DNA of 64,000 bases, from NCBI GenBank assembly GCA_051294905.1, contig CM119372.1, positions 6,696,001-6,760,000 of the forward strand. Reading direction: 5' to 3'. The notes beneath the pieces are model-generated. The model saw only the letters and a program-made list of their open reading frames with translations. It did not search any database and had not been told where the DNA came from. Positions within the stretch are counted from its first letter, which is position 1. Every line of letters begins with the position of its first letter. Shown here in pieces: positions 11,361 to 23,904 of this stretch. Source of the DNA: Botryllus schlosseri (lineage: Eukaryota). Both the position numbers and the translations under genes were made by a program.

Positions 11361-12080
11361 ATATACTGTTACTGCTACCAACATAAACTGTTAACATGGT
11401 GCATCATGTGAGGTGTGAAGAATCTTTGAATTTAGTATCATCCGATCAGATACAATCTTGTTGAATCAGGGATCAAAGCTGCCCAGTGCCCACCAGTTCT
11501 AATTGCTTTCAACATGAAAGTAAAAGCTGTTCGTCCTCGTAACTGCATTCTCGAATGCTTCAAAATCAACAGAATGGTCTCCTACTCCCATACACATTCA
11601 TAGTAACATCAAGTCACATATAGACGGACACCACGTCGATCATATTAATGCAGCGTACAGCTTGGTCAAGATGGAACAAATACGGGTCACAAGAAAAGAA
11701 ATGCTGGGTCTCGCACTACATCAATGCATTACACATGCCTGTATCCAACAGAGCTAATAATTTTCAGTATAGTGTTTTAAACGAAACATGGGCCCAACGA
11801 CCTTGCGATGCTTTCTATAATGTCGCACAAGCCTCCCTCGTTTCAAATAACAGTGGGCAAACTCAACGGGACTATACACATCGTTCAGAATTTGGCAGTA
11901 TTGTCTGTCAACCATCCGCATGACTTGCCTTTGAACGGCCATTCTGTCAACGTGATCATACCACGAGCTTGATGTTCTGTTAGCTCCTCCGCATCGACAT
12001 AATCCGGCCCGAGACTTCGGCAGGCAACACTTCAAACCGAACGGATCAATATCATCCCCAAATAGCAGTGGTTTGCATCC

Positions 12081-15000
12081 TCATGAAAACGGAATTGTTG
12101 TCGACATTTTCTCCAGATCCTTCACTTGTTGTCGAAGATACAAAATTCTGCGAAAGAATCAAGTCAGAAATTCTGTAGGCTTTCCACTCAATACTTTCAA
12201 GAGTTGTACCTCTGTTCCTGAATTGTGGAATGAATCTCCGCTGATCTCACTCTGGAACGTGACATTTTCATTGAAGTACTGAGCTGAGAGGTGTGGTTCA
12301 CTACAAACAGGTGATTCTCGTCGCACAGTCTCACGGACTAAAACAAAGAGCATGCATTAGTGTTTGAGTTAAACAACCAGAAAATTCTCAGCTGTTCTGA
12401 ATTCGATTAGAATTATAGCCAGTGTTGGGATCAAGTCACTACCTTCGAGTCACGAGTCATTTCGAGTCATTGCACATTTTGACTTGAGTCAAGTCACAAT
12501 TCAAGTCAAATTGAAAAATTGAATTTTTAAAGTATGAGTGATGATTCAAAGTCATTACATTTTGCTAGATGTGTGAAAGACAGATGTATTGATCATATAT
12601 CTTGAATCTAACAACAAGTATAAAGTCAAATATACATGCAAAAAGACGTATCGTATCGCGAATAAAATACACGAGCCAAAATAGACGATCATATATGAAG
12701 CGTCGGGAAGTTGAAACAAATTGATATGGTATAATACACTACACATCCGTGAGAATATAAACGCATAAAGTATATTCATTTGATTCAAATCATACATTGT
12801 TAAGGAGGGCACTGCGTGATGTAAGCACTGAGCCGTCTATGAAACATGGATACGTTGCTATTAGATTATTATTGTACTGCTAGTACATAAACGTAAGCTG
12901 TCATCATTTCGTTTTCGGTCAATTTATTTGTGGTGCAGCAAGGGGGCATCCATGAAAGGTACAATCGGTGAATGACTGGTTGCTCTCACAAGTCACACCG
13001 GCGTATCGCAAATACAATAATCCGAACATTAACAAGATACAGAGATTTCCGCTTACTCGATGACTTGAAGTTGACTCGTAAATTTTGCTCCGAGTCATGA
13101 ATCAATTCATATTTCCAAAGAGCCGAGTCAAGTCATTTTGCAAAGCGACTCAAGTCAAGTCGTACGAAAAAGTTGACTCGAGTCATCACTGATTATAGCT
13201 ACACAATTTTTTTCTAAATCAGATTAGAATTACTAAATTTTCAACTTGAAAATTGAATTATTTTCAAAATTAGAAAAAACATAACTTCACCATTTCCGCA
13301 AAAATAAAGAAATTAGATGAAAATTAGAGCTTAGAACAGGGCTGGCCAACCCTTTCAGCCAAAGGGCCACATTCGATTGACGAACTGATGTGCGGGCCAC
13401 TAGCCGCGCCAAGCGCGAAAATTTTTTGAAGTTCACAGGTCAATAATATTGTCGCCTGACTATATTGCGGGCCTGCTGTATATCGCTGGGCTCAGTTTGC
13501 AAGGACTGGGCAATCGGCGTCTGGACATATCGATATCGAAAGTTTCGACCAACGTCAATCATTTTATGCCTAGGTTTCATAGTCGACGGTCTTTCTGCGA
13601 GTGCAAACGCAAAGTCGCATATGTTGAACGACACTCTGTCTCGTAATCGCGAATATAGTTAGATTCAATCTGATACATTAGGCGTTCTTTCATTTTCACA
13701 AGAGGGCAACGATATTAAAAGCAAAATAATCGAGTGACAACATTTTGCTAGAAGCGTGTAGAAATTTTTTACTTTTGATAAATCTATTGCAAATCATTCT
13801 GCTTTATTGTAGTGTACGAAGATCTATCAATATCTGCCAATGCGTCGGAACTGATATTTTAATCATCACATCTCAAGTGTTGCGACCAGACTAATCAAAT
13901 TTTTGGTTGGCCTCACAAGTTGACAATCTGTGCAATCCATTTTTGATAACATTAGAAATTTCGGAAATTACCTCGCGGGCCACTCAAAACCTTCTCACGG
14001 GCCACGGGTTGGTCGGCCCTGGCTTAGAAACATTTCACTTGAATTAGAGTAATACGACAACTAGATGTCCAAGACTGATGAAGACTGCTCCAAGACCAAA
14101 TCACCTGTCGTTCCATCTGCTCGGCGGGCCACCCCTGCACATGACCGATATACTTTTCGTCGTAAAACCCGCGAAGAGTCTCCAAAACTCTCTCGGCGAC
14201 CTTGCACGTTTCCACAGACCGACTGTTGGATGCAGGAAACTGAATTTGACAGAGCAATCGGCTGGAATCAAAAAGAGTCGCAAACCTTGTAAGTTCGTCC
14301 GTTACTTCAGCAAGCCGGGGTTTCTTAAAATGTGTAGGCTCCATCTTCTCTTTCTCGTCCGATTCCGTGGTACCTGTCACGCAGGATGGCTCACTTAATT
14401 GATCGGTCTACAGCGAGTTCATCCATTACATAGTAAAAGGTTGATATCTTCACGTTAACGAAATGATTAAGCATAATGTTGAACATTTCATTGCAAGCAC
14501 AGAACATGTCAGTTTTCCCAAGGTTTTTACCACTTCTGTTGTATTCGACTTGGAAGAGTAGCAAAGGTAGCATCAATATAGGGTTAACATATATCCACTT
14601 TTTCAATAAATTGAAAGTGTGCTCGGGATGACGCCTAAATGACTTTTTTTTGGGAATGTGTCCTTTTTTTTTCAAGTACCATTAATTATTAAAATGCGAT
14701 CAAAAACTCTACTCCGACGCAGCAATTGGCAAGACAATGAACGAAAAATATGACCCGACGGGTATTTTGGGAGTAGAGAGGGGGAAAGATCACCTTTTTT
14801 TAGTCAAACCGGTACTATTGGTCGAAATTTTTTTCAATTTTCCGGCACTAGAGCTTTTAGAATTTTTACAAAGTGTCCTCTATTTCGCATCTCAAAAATA
14901 TGGTAACCCCGATCAATAAACATCCTCTCAAATCATTTCTGAATATACTACGAACCTAGGTCTAATTAGTCCAATTATTGCGACAGCAAAAATTGGAGGT

Positions 15001-17782
15001 ACAAGACCAACAAACCTGTGAGTTGCTGGCTTTGAGCTGCAGCATTGAGTAGCATCTGGAGAGCTGCAAGACAAGGAATCAATCAAGACTAAATTCCACA
15101 ACTAACGAACTGTGCACAAATAGTTTAAATATAGCAAAGAATACAGGATAATAAGTGAGGTTAAGTTGCCCTAGTCCTGTTTTTTTCTCGCATTACGACA
15201 ACCCTGGCTATGCAGTATTTCGACCTTCTACACAAGCATTGCGCGCACCCTTTCGAATTAGCTACATATATGGGATGCCCCTTACAATGTTGCATGAAGT
15301 GTACTCAATTGAAAGACAACACAGTATGTACACCTTCATACATCATTTCACTGCTGTGGATGAGCATAACGCTAGTACTGGTACTACACAAGTAAATCAC
15401 TTCTTGGAAATGTTTTTGAAGGAACACCAGCAAATGCTTGCTATGACTTTACCATACTAGACCAGCCCCATAAACCATAGCAGGCTCTCATTGTACGTAT
15501 ATATGCAAACACTGAACACTGCATAGCGCTAATCAAGTAGCCGTCATAATAAGCAGATGACACTGGTTCTGGTTGAACTAATCCAATATCTACAGGGGCT
15601 TATATCCTTAGAAACTCTCAACAACGCAGCTGCAGAGAAACAGAAATTCACTACAGTTAATGTAATGTCACCCAGAAATGTACAAGCATTGTGGTTAAAG
15701 CCATAATAAATACTGCATTTGGTAAGCTCTAAACTTTTTGTCACTTGTCACAGAGTCAGAAAAATGGAGTTGCTCGCGTACGCCGTAAAATTCTCTAGGT
15801 TTATAAAACCCCTGTTGAGGAAGATGTAAATTATGATGGAACAGCAACAGCTTCAAGATGTTCTTTATAAAGGATTTCCTGTGGTAAAGGCTCCCTTTTC
15901 TGTAACACCATTTCTTCATAATCCTTTCCTCAAATCTTTCTGACTTCCATCCCACTCCGGTGTCGGTAACGATTAAAAGATTTTTTACCAGTCTTCAAGT
16001 TGCCTTCGATTGATGTCGACTCCGCCTTTTCTTCCACCGAAGCTTTGTTGGCTTGATTCAAGACGGAAGACAACGTCTCGACCAGTGCAGAGGAACCGTC
16101 TCCGTTCAGCGTCCTTGCATTTGCGGAACCGTTCAGTCCCGCATTTGAGGAAGCTTCCAACACAGCATGAGTAGTTACAGATTAATACACGATCAATAAC
16201 ATGGCAACATAGCGAAACAATATCAAGAAGCTTACCTGCCTTGGGAACATCCTGTGAAGATAACGGTGTGCTCGAGCTGCTCTTTGAGCGTTCTTCCCGA
16301 CCGGTACCGTCGTCTCTGACATCAGCACCTTCACAGCGAGAGTTACTCTCCGAAATTTTGTCTCCGTACGTTCTTGCTTTTGCGTGTGATGCAGCAGATT
16401 CGCTATTCTGCCTACCGATGCCATGTCTCGTTTCGTGGGCGGAATTTGTGGATCTATAGTCTCGGTCTTGTGACTTCCCCGGATCGACATGGTTTCCACC
16501 ATGACGGGATTCCGGCATTCTCTTGTCCCTATAATCGAGATCACGATAATCGCGATCTTTAACATTCGAAGTCCGGTAGTCTCGGTCTTTGTATTCCTTA
16601 TTACTGTGTACATCGTGGCCAGACCTTTGCCGGGCCAGCGCCTTTTTCCCGTCACTACTGTGAGAATGTGCGGTTTTCTGCAATTTTGCGGCAGACAAGT
16701 GACCACCACTAGACGTATCTCCCGAGTGCTTCACAGAGGCTGCAATAAAAATTGTGTCAGACTCTATCAATGAAGATATTTCTCAACCCATTCACGCTAC
16801 ATACCTCGATTGTGTTGCAACTTTGATTTCTCCTTCTTTACGTCAATGGCCCGACTATAGAAAGAACGTTTTTTCTGTCAGAGAAGAAAAATGACACCTA
16901 AAAATCTGCTCACTAACCTGTTACTCCAGTCTTTGGGCCTCTCCCATTGTGATGATTTTGTTTTGATATTGAAAAAGTACAGTTTTCCGTTGGAACTCAA
17001 TTGCTCCGACCAGTCACCGCAAACTCGTATCGCACCTGGTATCTGTATGAACTACAGTTCGGAAAATGTGCTTCCATCACAGAAACAAAATACAATATTA
17101 CCTGAGCAATGATATTCGCTTTCAAGGTTCGACCATCATTCTTGCCACTAGAACTTCCTGAAACAATAATTCAGTAAGAGCGACGCCTTATTGAAATTTG
17201 AAAATAAAGATGTTGCACCATTGCTGCAAACATGAACCAGAATTTATGATCATTATTGCTTTAGGCTCCTTTATAAAGAATAATTGAAGTAAATATCGAT
17301 AATTGACACGTTCAGTCAATTCCAGCCTGGGATACAGACTTGTGATTGTACTATTTTCATAGCAACAACTAAGTGAATTAATGCCTAATTAAGTTATTAT
17401 CATTGTGTACTTGGTTACTTTGCAGGCTCATGTTTTATGTATTCGTATGGACCTATTACTTCAATGAGCAGTGATTACCATGTCATTTTGGCACTCTTGT
17501 GTCTTTTCCTACAGCTCTACAGCACGATATTTTGATATGAACAAATGAAATTGCAGTACTTATCACTAAGTCGCATTATCAATACTATAAAATATCAAAT
17601 CGTTAACCATAACATGATCATTGGAAATGATTGAAAAACATATTGTTACATAAATCACAATATATTGCAAAAAACTAACCTTTATGCGTCATTTTATCAT
17701 TTTGTTTTTGAGTATAGTAATCCTTTCTGCCATCTCCGACTCGGTGTTGGTGCTGACCCATGTCAGGTTTACCCATCATCAT
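12081..17782 (-). CDS. WAC: WW domain-containing adapter with coiled-coil
   Basis: Exons 17782-17680, 17157-17102, 17042-16918 (WW: GDWSEQLSSNGKLYFFNIKTKSSQWERPKDW), 16854-16805, 16739-16236, 16153-15989, 15063-15016, 14407-14105 (GHVQGWPAEQMERQ), 12337-12210, 12147-12081 (EIHSTIQEQRILYLRQQVKDLEK). The C-terminus aligns with human WAC HVQGWPADHAEKQ...EQRILFLRQQIKELEK. At least one middle exon is unresolved. Confidence 0.92.
12420..13191 (+). mobile_element. hAT family A copy, nested
   Basis: Left TIR cagtgttgggat; right TIR carries a 4-bp deletion (atcactg); perfect TSD attatagc at 12412-12419 and 13192-13199. Confidence 0.9.
13337..14021 (+). mobile_element. hAT (Charlie-like) family C copy, nested
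   Basis: TIRs cagggctggccaacc / ggttggtcggccctg; perfect TSD gcttagaa at 13329-13336 and 14022-14029; homologous to 24868-25690. Confidence 0.9.
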
Positions 17783-18143
17783 ACGATCTCTGAAAGTTGA
17801 TGTATTATAAATATCAAGAAATACCCCTGTGAATATCACAAGCTCACCAAATTCAATGCAGTAACGATGGTTTGCAGATTGGTAACATCTTCTTCGTTTG
17901 GCAATCAGGATTCTTGATTTACCATGTTACCAAAGCTGCAATACTGCGCCAAGTGGCAACAAGGACACGTGTCTAAAGTTGTGGGATAATTTCTTATTGT
18001 ATCGACTATTCGCAAACATAATGAAACATTACCGATTTTTAACAAGTTGGTAAATGATGGCAATATCACCCAGTCTCATTCAAAATTTGGTAAAAGCAAG
18101 AAAGGTTTTGTTGTTGCCTCAATATATAAGTGACTTGCTATCG

Positions 18144-18445
18144 GTGGCCTACATATCAATGACATACAGTGGTACTGTTTCATACTGCAACTAGTATGAA
18201 TACAGGTAAAAAGAATACCGAGTCTATACATTTCTGGCTTAGGCATAATTGTTTATCTGAAGCAATACTGCATTATCAACTGCGCAGGCTGCATACTAGT
18301 TGTGGCCTTTTTAGAGATCAATGACATACAGTATAATACTGTTTTATAGTGAAATCAGATTAGAGAAATAACTAAGAATTACCAAGCCTACATTACTGGT
18401 AGCATTTGACTATTCAAAGCAATACTGCATTATCGAAAGCGCACA
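18144..18445. repeat. Diverged ~158-bp tandem duplication upstream of the WAC CDS
   Basis: gtggcct...atcaatgacatacagt...aagcaatactgcattatc...gcgca occurs at 18144 and again at 18302. Confidence 0.7.
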
Positions 18446-18959
18446 CCGTTTACCAAGGCATCTAAACCAGGCGCGATAAAAATAACTGCTTCGAAGTTTT
18501 AAATGTTATGATCAAAGCACTTCCTGGACATATATAGATCTTACTGAAAAATTCAATACAATTACACGTATAGATTCTATGCATTATTAGATAGGATGCA
18601 TACATTGACCTGGTAAGTTTTACTGTTATTCGTGACCTAGACAAAACGCTTTCGCGATCCACTAAAAGCAGTTGCAGAGCATTATCCAAGAGATGCCGCC
18701 AACCAACGGCACATGATAATGAAGTATCATGCAAAATTTATACATTGATGTTGCGAGGCCGTTTATAATCATTCAAGAAGCACTGCTCAATCAGACCAAA
18801 TTATACACAAAAAAATAGTTATTACTTCCAATGCTTTCTGCTGTTCACCAGGACGGAGGAAGGCGAACTTTTAAAAATGCTAAAACCATGGCAGGTCTCA
18901 GAAAGAACTTTTCCAACCGCAGAAACATAGTGAATCTTATGATTATAAAAACCAATGTG

Positions 18960-19170
18960 CAGAAAGATCGAAATAGTCAATTTCTGCACGAAACATGCAA
19001 TATAAATCTGAAAAATGGCAGACCTATAGATCTCACCCCAGACTGGAAACGATGATTGTTTTTGCCATTAAGTTGTGCGTGACAGAAAGGGTTCTTGCAA
19101 ATAATAATTAAGGAAGTACCCGAAAATTGTGCATGACGTTACAACCAATTCCAATCTGGCTCACATCTCC
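18960..19170 (-). mobile_element. Fossil LINE fragment homologous to 5533-5656
   Basis: Roughly 70% identical by eye over ~120 bp to 5533-5656; minus strand reads KNPFCHAQLNGKNNHRFQSG. Confidence 0.55.
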
Positions 19171-19920
19171 GAAACTAACCAAACCCCAAAATGGATTACC
19201 AGCCTCGGAAATTCGGTCGTGAAAACCGCCGAAGCCAGACATGCTTCGATATCGCAGTGGGGGAATCTATACGCAATGAAGGTATAGTTGACTATGTATA
19301 TTGTCCACAAATCGTACAATACCCACCAAAAGTCAGTAAGTTGCGGAAGACGAAATCTTTCATCAGACGAAGCACGGAAACAGGCGGCTGGCAGATACAC
19401 CAACTCCGGGACCGACAAGATCGCTGGAGCGAATTTGCCAATCACAAATATACGGGATGATGAGCCATCGCCCATCGGTCATCGGTCTAGGGCTCTAGGC
19501 CAGTGCTCTTCAACCCTTTTCGTCGTGGTACGCCCTTTTAACGTTTACCCGAAACTCGTACACCCCTGACCATATAACACACTGATTCGATATAGTAAGC
19601 CGAATCCAGGGCTGTTCAACCTTCCTGCTATTAAAGGTCAACTGCATCTAAAAAATGACTTCGTCTTATTTCGTACGTTATGTGGTTAGGAATATGAATA
19701 TAATAATAAAAATTCAAATTACATGATAGTTTTCAAGTAATTTAAATTATAAATCGAAAAGCTGAAAAACGGATATGAAATCATTCAGCTATGAAATGAC
19801 GTCATGTGAGTGACACGACAAAAGTCCTGGTATAGCTCAGTGTGGTAAACAGATAGTTATTCGTGTTGGGATTGATTTTGATACTGGATTTGATTGTGAA
19901 TATGGAAGGTATGAAGAAGA

Positions 19921-20975
19921 TGAGGCACGGAGGTACATCTTGTGTCGCGTATGGTCGCTCGAATACGCGATATTCGGTTCCCAAAGTGTCTTTTCATCGC
20001 TGTCCAAACCCTATTGCTGGAGAGGATTATGAAGACTGTGAAAGTGATATCCAATCCCTGTCAAGCTAGCTTCCACCCAACAGAGTTAGATGGCGAGTCA
20101 GAGTGAGTACTTGAACAGTGTAATCATATTTGTACCCAGTCTTCACCAAGATATTGATTTGCAGGCATTCAGATTCAGAGGAATGTCTGGAGAATAGCAA
20201 GATCCAGTTTGTGATTGTGGACAGAAATAAAGCTGGTGAGCATTTTTCAACATTGTCCAATGCGTCAATCAGAGTCGGACGTGCAAGAGTCTGGTTTAGG
20301 CAGCACATTGAGAATCAATCAAGACTGCAAAAACTGCTCATACTCCAGATTTTGATTTACGGGTATAGATGCCGTTACATCCTTTGAAGATGAAATAGCC
20401 TACTTCACTGTATCAAAAAGAAACAAACTGCTCCATTCAGCATATATACATGATACATATAGGCCTAAATTTAAGTTACAATGAATAGCATCTTTGATTC
20501 TGTTGTTTACCATTATGATAATCCATTTTCAGATTCATTGGCATATGACAGGATTTGCGATGTTCTCTACTCAACGCGAATGAAAAATGACATACGCCAT
20601 CTATCGCTGAATGGAAACACTGCTGGAAGTGAATCATTCAATGCCCTCCTCAATCATTTCTGCCCAAAGTTATATCACTACAACCATATTTCAGTCAAAA
20701 AAAAGCCAGGTAGGTACCTTGCAGTTTCTCGCCTATTCAAAACAACCTATATAAGATTTTGGCATAATTACTATGCATTTTTTGTAGGATGCAGTTGGCA
20801 ATCCTTCATTTCAATGAAAATTGCTCGAAAACTCAGAAAATGTCGAAAGAAGGAGCACCGCGGTCAAATACCCGAAACGTACAAAAATGGGGAATGTTCG
20901 GTCCACAAGATACTTGACACAAGATACTTGAAAATTCAACATTTGGTAACTGCCGTTGATCTGACTGCATCATAA
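19921..20975 (+). pseudogene. Kolobok-type THAP-DDE transposase remnant
   Basis: GTSCVAYGRSN...VSFHRCP (truncated THAP with a Cys>Arg change); KIQFVIVDRN; LAYDRICDVLYSTRMKNDIRHLSLNGNTAGSESFNALLNHFCPK; after a short intron, ARMQLAILHFNEN. Many stops, frameshifts and a large internal deletion. Confidence 0.8.
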
Positions 20976-21251
20976 GATTTCGTCATATTGTTATGCATGT
21001 TCTAGATTACTGCAATGAGCTTGTCGAAGAAGTTCAAGCACTCATCAGAACTGGACCAGAAACTGTTGAGTTGAGCGACTGTGCTGAGACCGTTTCACCT
21101 CCTCTTGACTAGCAGCATAATCAAAATTAGAGAGGAAGCGAAGCTATTGCCCGACATAAAACCCGATATGCTTTTCTGCCTGACACAGTAGCTATTTTGG
21201 TCGATTAGTTGTATGCGTTTATTATTTGGAATACAACTGTACAGTGTACAT

Positions 21252-21969
21252 TCACAATGTGGCGTTACTGAACTGGAATCCTTTGTAAGAATTTGATGTA
21301 AATTTTGTTCGGACAGCAGATACAACGCATGCAGGCAGGATTTTCCGCTGGTTTTTGCCACAGAATCTCCATACCCAGCGAACACAATTTCTGTAGGCAG
21401 TATGTTTCAGCTTCCTGAAAAGTGAAAACAGGTGTATTAGTGCGAGAAAAGTATTTGGCAACCGAATCAGAGACTCATCCCATATTCATGCATCGAACTC
21501 GATGTTATTATTCTGCGGCCATATTCCTGTCGATATCCATAGTAGGACATCTCCAATACGTCAACGTCCAGACACACTGAATTGAATCCTGGCAATTCTG
21601 TGATACACTTTAATTCTGTCAGTAACTCTCGGAACCTCCTTACAGCACAAACTTATCAAGATGTCAGATATCAAGATACATGACTGAAACGAGCTATTAC
21701 ACTACAGACTATATATACAACTGTATTTCATGTAGTCTCGACGAACGGCTTGCGCTGAGCAAGCTATAGGCTGATCATGACCCATCATCATGAAGCTGCA
21801 AGGGGTTCCACTGACGTGGGATCGAGCGCATCAACACCTGAACCAATCCGACATTTAAACGGTAATTTTGTAAGTATGTGAAAAAATGATACTTACATTC
21901 GACATCCGAGTACTCGGACTCAGTCTCAATATCACTTGGCAAATCCGTTACAATGGAAACCTCGGCCAT
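21252..21969 (-). pseudogene. KolX / P2X7 cytoplasmic-ballast-like protein remnant
   Basis: Acidic exon 1 MAEVSIVTDLPSDIETESEYSDVE; SLCCKEVPRV, then a frameshift to KCITELPGFNSVCLDVDVLEMSYYGYRQEYG; last exon (from 21414) KLKHTAYRNCVRWVWRFCGKNQRKILPACVVSAVRTKF...YKGF. One donor appears mutated GT>AT. Confidence 0.85.
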
Positions 21970-23904
21970 AACTGACTAGAATAAAAACTGCGAGAACACA
22001 AACAGCCGCTGTGACCGGTGTTGATAATATGTGTCACTCACTTGACGTCACAATGCACATTCTGCTTTTTCTGTAAACATGCCAATATTGGAACTTTCAG
22101 TCAAAATTACGGCAATTTCCGATTGAGTTGAAACACGGAAAGTCGGTAATTTCGTTATGAAAAAAAATTCTGAACATGATTCCGCAAAGTTGTTATGAAG
22201 ATCGTATTTCGATTACAGCGTACGGCCACATCCAGGTGGAGAGACGTCATGGCCCATCTGGACGTCTACATTCATACTGGAACTACTGGGAACTTGGCAC
22301 ATCGGAAAGCCCTTGTGGTGTTCTGTGCCATCACTGATTTCTTGAGATATACCTTGCGCATAAAAATTTTAAACTTTCGCGGCAGAACACCCCCCGCACG
22401 CTTGCTACTTATGCACCAAAATAGCGAGTATAAATGCCGGTAAATGTTATGTAATCTCCTTCTATAGTCGCGTAGGGCGCGAAAAAATTTTCCTCCTCAA
22501 GAATAAATTTCGTCGATAATATTGATTGCTTGATATAAACATTTGTGCTTTCTTAGCCCACTGGTAGAGCTTATGGAGGGGGTCTTCGAAAATTTCGGGC
22601 ACAAAATCATTGATGATGCATCTTCCGGTATTTATTTATCACTTTGTGGCATGTTGTTGTATTTGACCTCCCATCGGGATTGTAGACATAGTCGAAATAT
22701 ATATATATTGGAATCGCCCAGATGTAACAGAAACCTTCATTCGTGAGACGTACACGATTCGGACGTTGGTATTTCTTTAGGGAATTGATCATTTTCCTAT
22801 GCGATTCGCATTTGTACGGCGGGGTTCAGATTATACACTATTATAAATAAAAACGAAAAACGGCGACACACGCTAATTTGTTTATGTGTAGAGGGCCGCA
22901 TAATTATATTGTTTAACGGCTGCATATGCGACCGTACGTCTGCAGGTTGGCCATGACCAATGATCATCTCTGGCGCTATTGAAATAAGGTTGAGGCTGCA
23001 ACGTATTGGAAATGGTGCTACTATAATCAGGGTTCGGGGTTACCGGACCACCATGTAATGCCGTGGTTCTTAAACTCGACTCCCGCAACCCGCTGGCTAC
23101 GCCCAGTGCAATTATGTACATTTAGCCTATTTAAAAGCATCTCTCGGGAAGTACCAATTCAAAATGTTTGAGCTCAACCAATAAGTCTATTACCAACGTT
23201 TAAATAATGAGGAGAAGCATTTGCATGAGACATGTGACATCACAAAAGGAATGTAGGCCTAATCTACATAAGCTGCTTGCTGTTAATATGAGCATTGTTC
23301 GATATCGCACAGCCGATCAACATGTTTTGATTGAAAATTTTGATTTGAATAAAAGAGTATTTACGGTGAGCACAACGATAATAAATAATTAAGGAATCGG
23401 TCAACGTAAATACTATTTTATTCAAATCAAAAAATTTTCGACGGCAATAACTCCGCTTCCACTGGTTGGAATTGAACCAAATTTGGTGAACATCGTTCCT
23501 ATAGACAACGTAACACTTTGATGGGATGAACAGAACATTTTTAATTCTTTTATTATGTATTTTTACATATTAAATCGAAACTTTCTTCTCCTGTAGCAAT
23601 GCGGCTACTGGCTGGAATTGAACCAAATTTGGTGTTTAGGCTTAAATTAGGTAACCTAACAATTGTATCAAGAAGCCATGCAGTATGATTTGAGAAAAAA
23701 GCCATTTTTGAATACCCCTAATGTACATAGGCTTATGACATTCAACTAAGCCAACTGTTATCTAAGTTTAGCGTATTTGATAACTTGACCCGTCTAAACC
23801 AAACCAATTAAACGCACTGCGACACCAGAGCAGGGGTTCTCACCCTTGCGGATCGGTATAACATCAAGATAAATGCTGCTTACCGGTGAGCCTACACTAC
23901 AGTA

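Larger units (their letters stand above)
12364..14077 (-). mobile_element. Family B hAT element (reverse orientation) hosting two nested insertions, in a WAC intron
   Basis: Right end ...gtccaagactg. The internal attagaatt arrays are interrupted at 12420 and 13337 and resume after each TSD. Left end is degenerate. Confidence 0.7.
19635..22240 (+). mobile_element. Decayed autonomous Kolobok DNA transposon; right end not located
   Basis: Left end TTAA|AGGTCAACTGCATC is a typical Kolobok junction. THAP-transposase remnant on + and KolX remnant on - lie tail-to-tail. TGACGTCA occurs upstream of each gene (19797, 22043). Confidence 0.8.

Noticed and set aside
11640-12080. Short ORFs just downstream of the WAC stop as a further (operon-like) gene
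   Set aside because: No recognisable protein motif or consistent splice pattern; most likely 3'UTR.
22190-22260. Candidate right TIR of the Kolobok element (acatccaggtgga)
   Set aside because: The match to the left end is weak and there is no adjoining TTAA, so the right boundary is left undefined.
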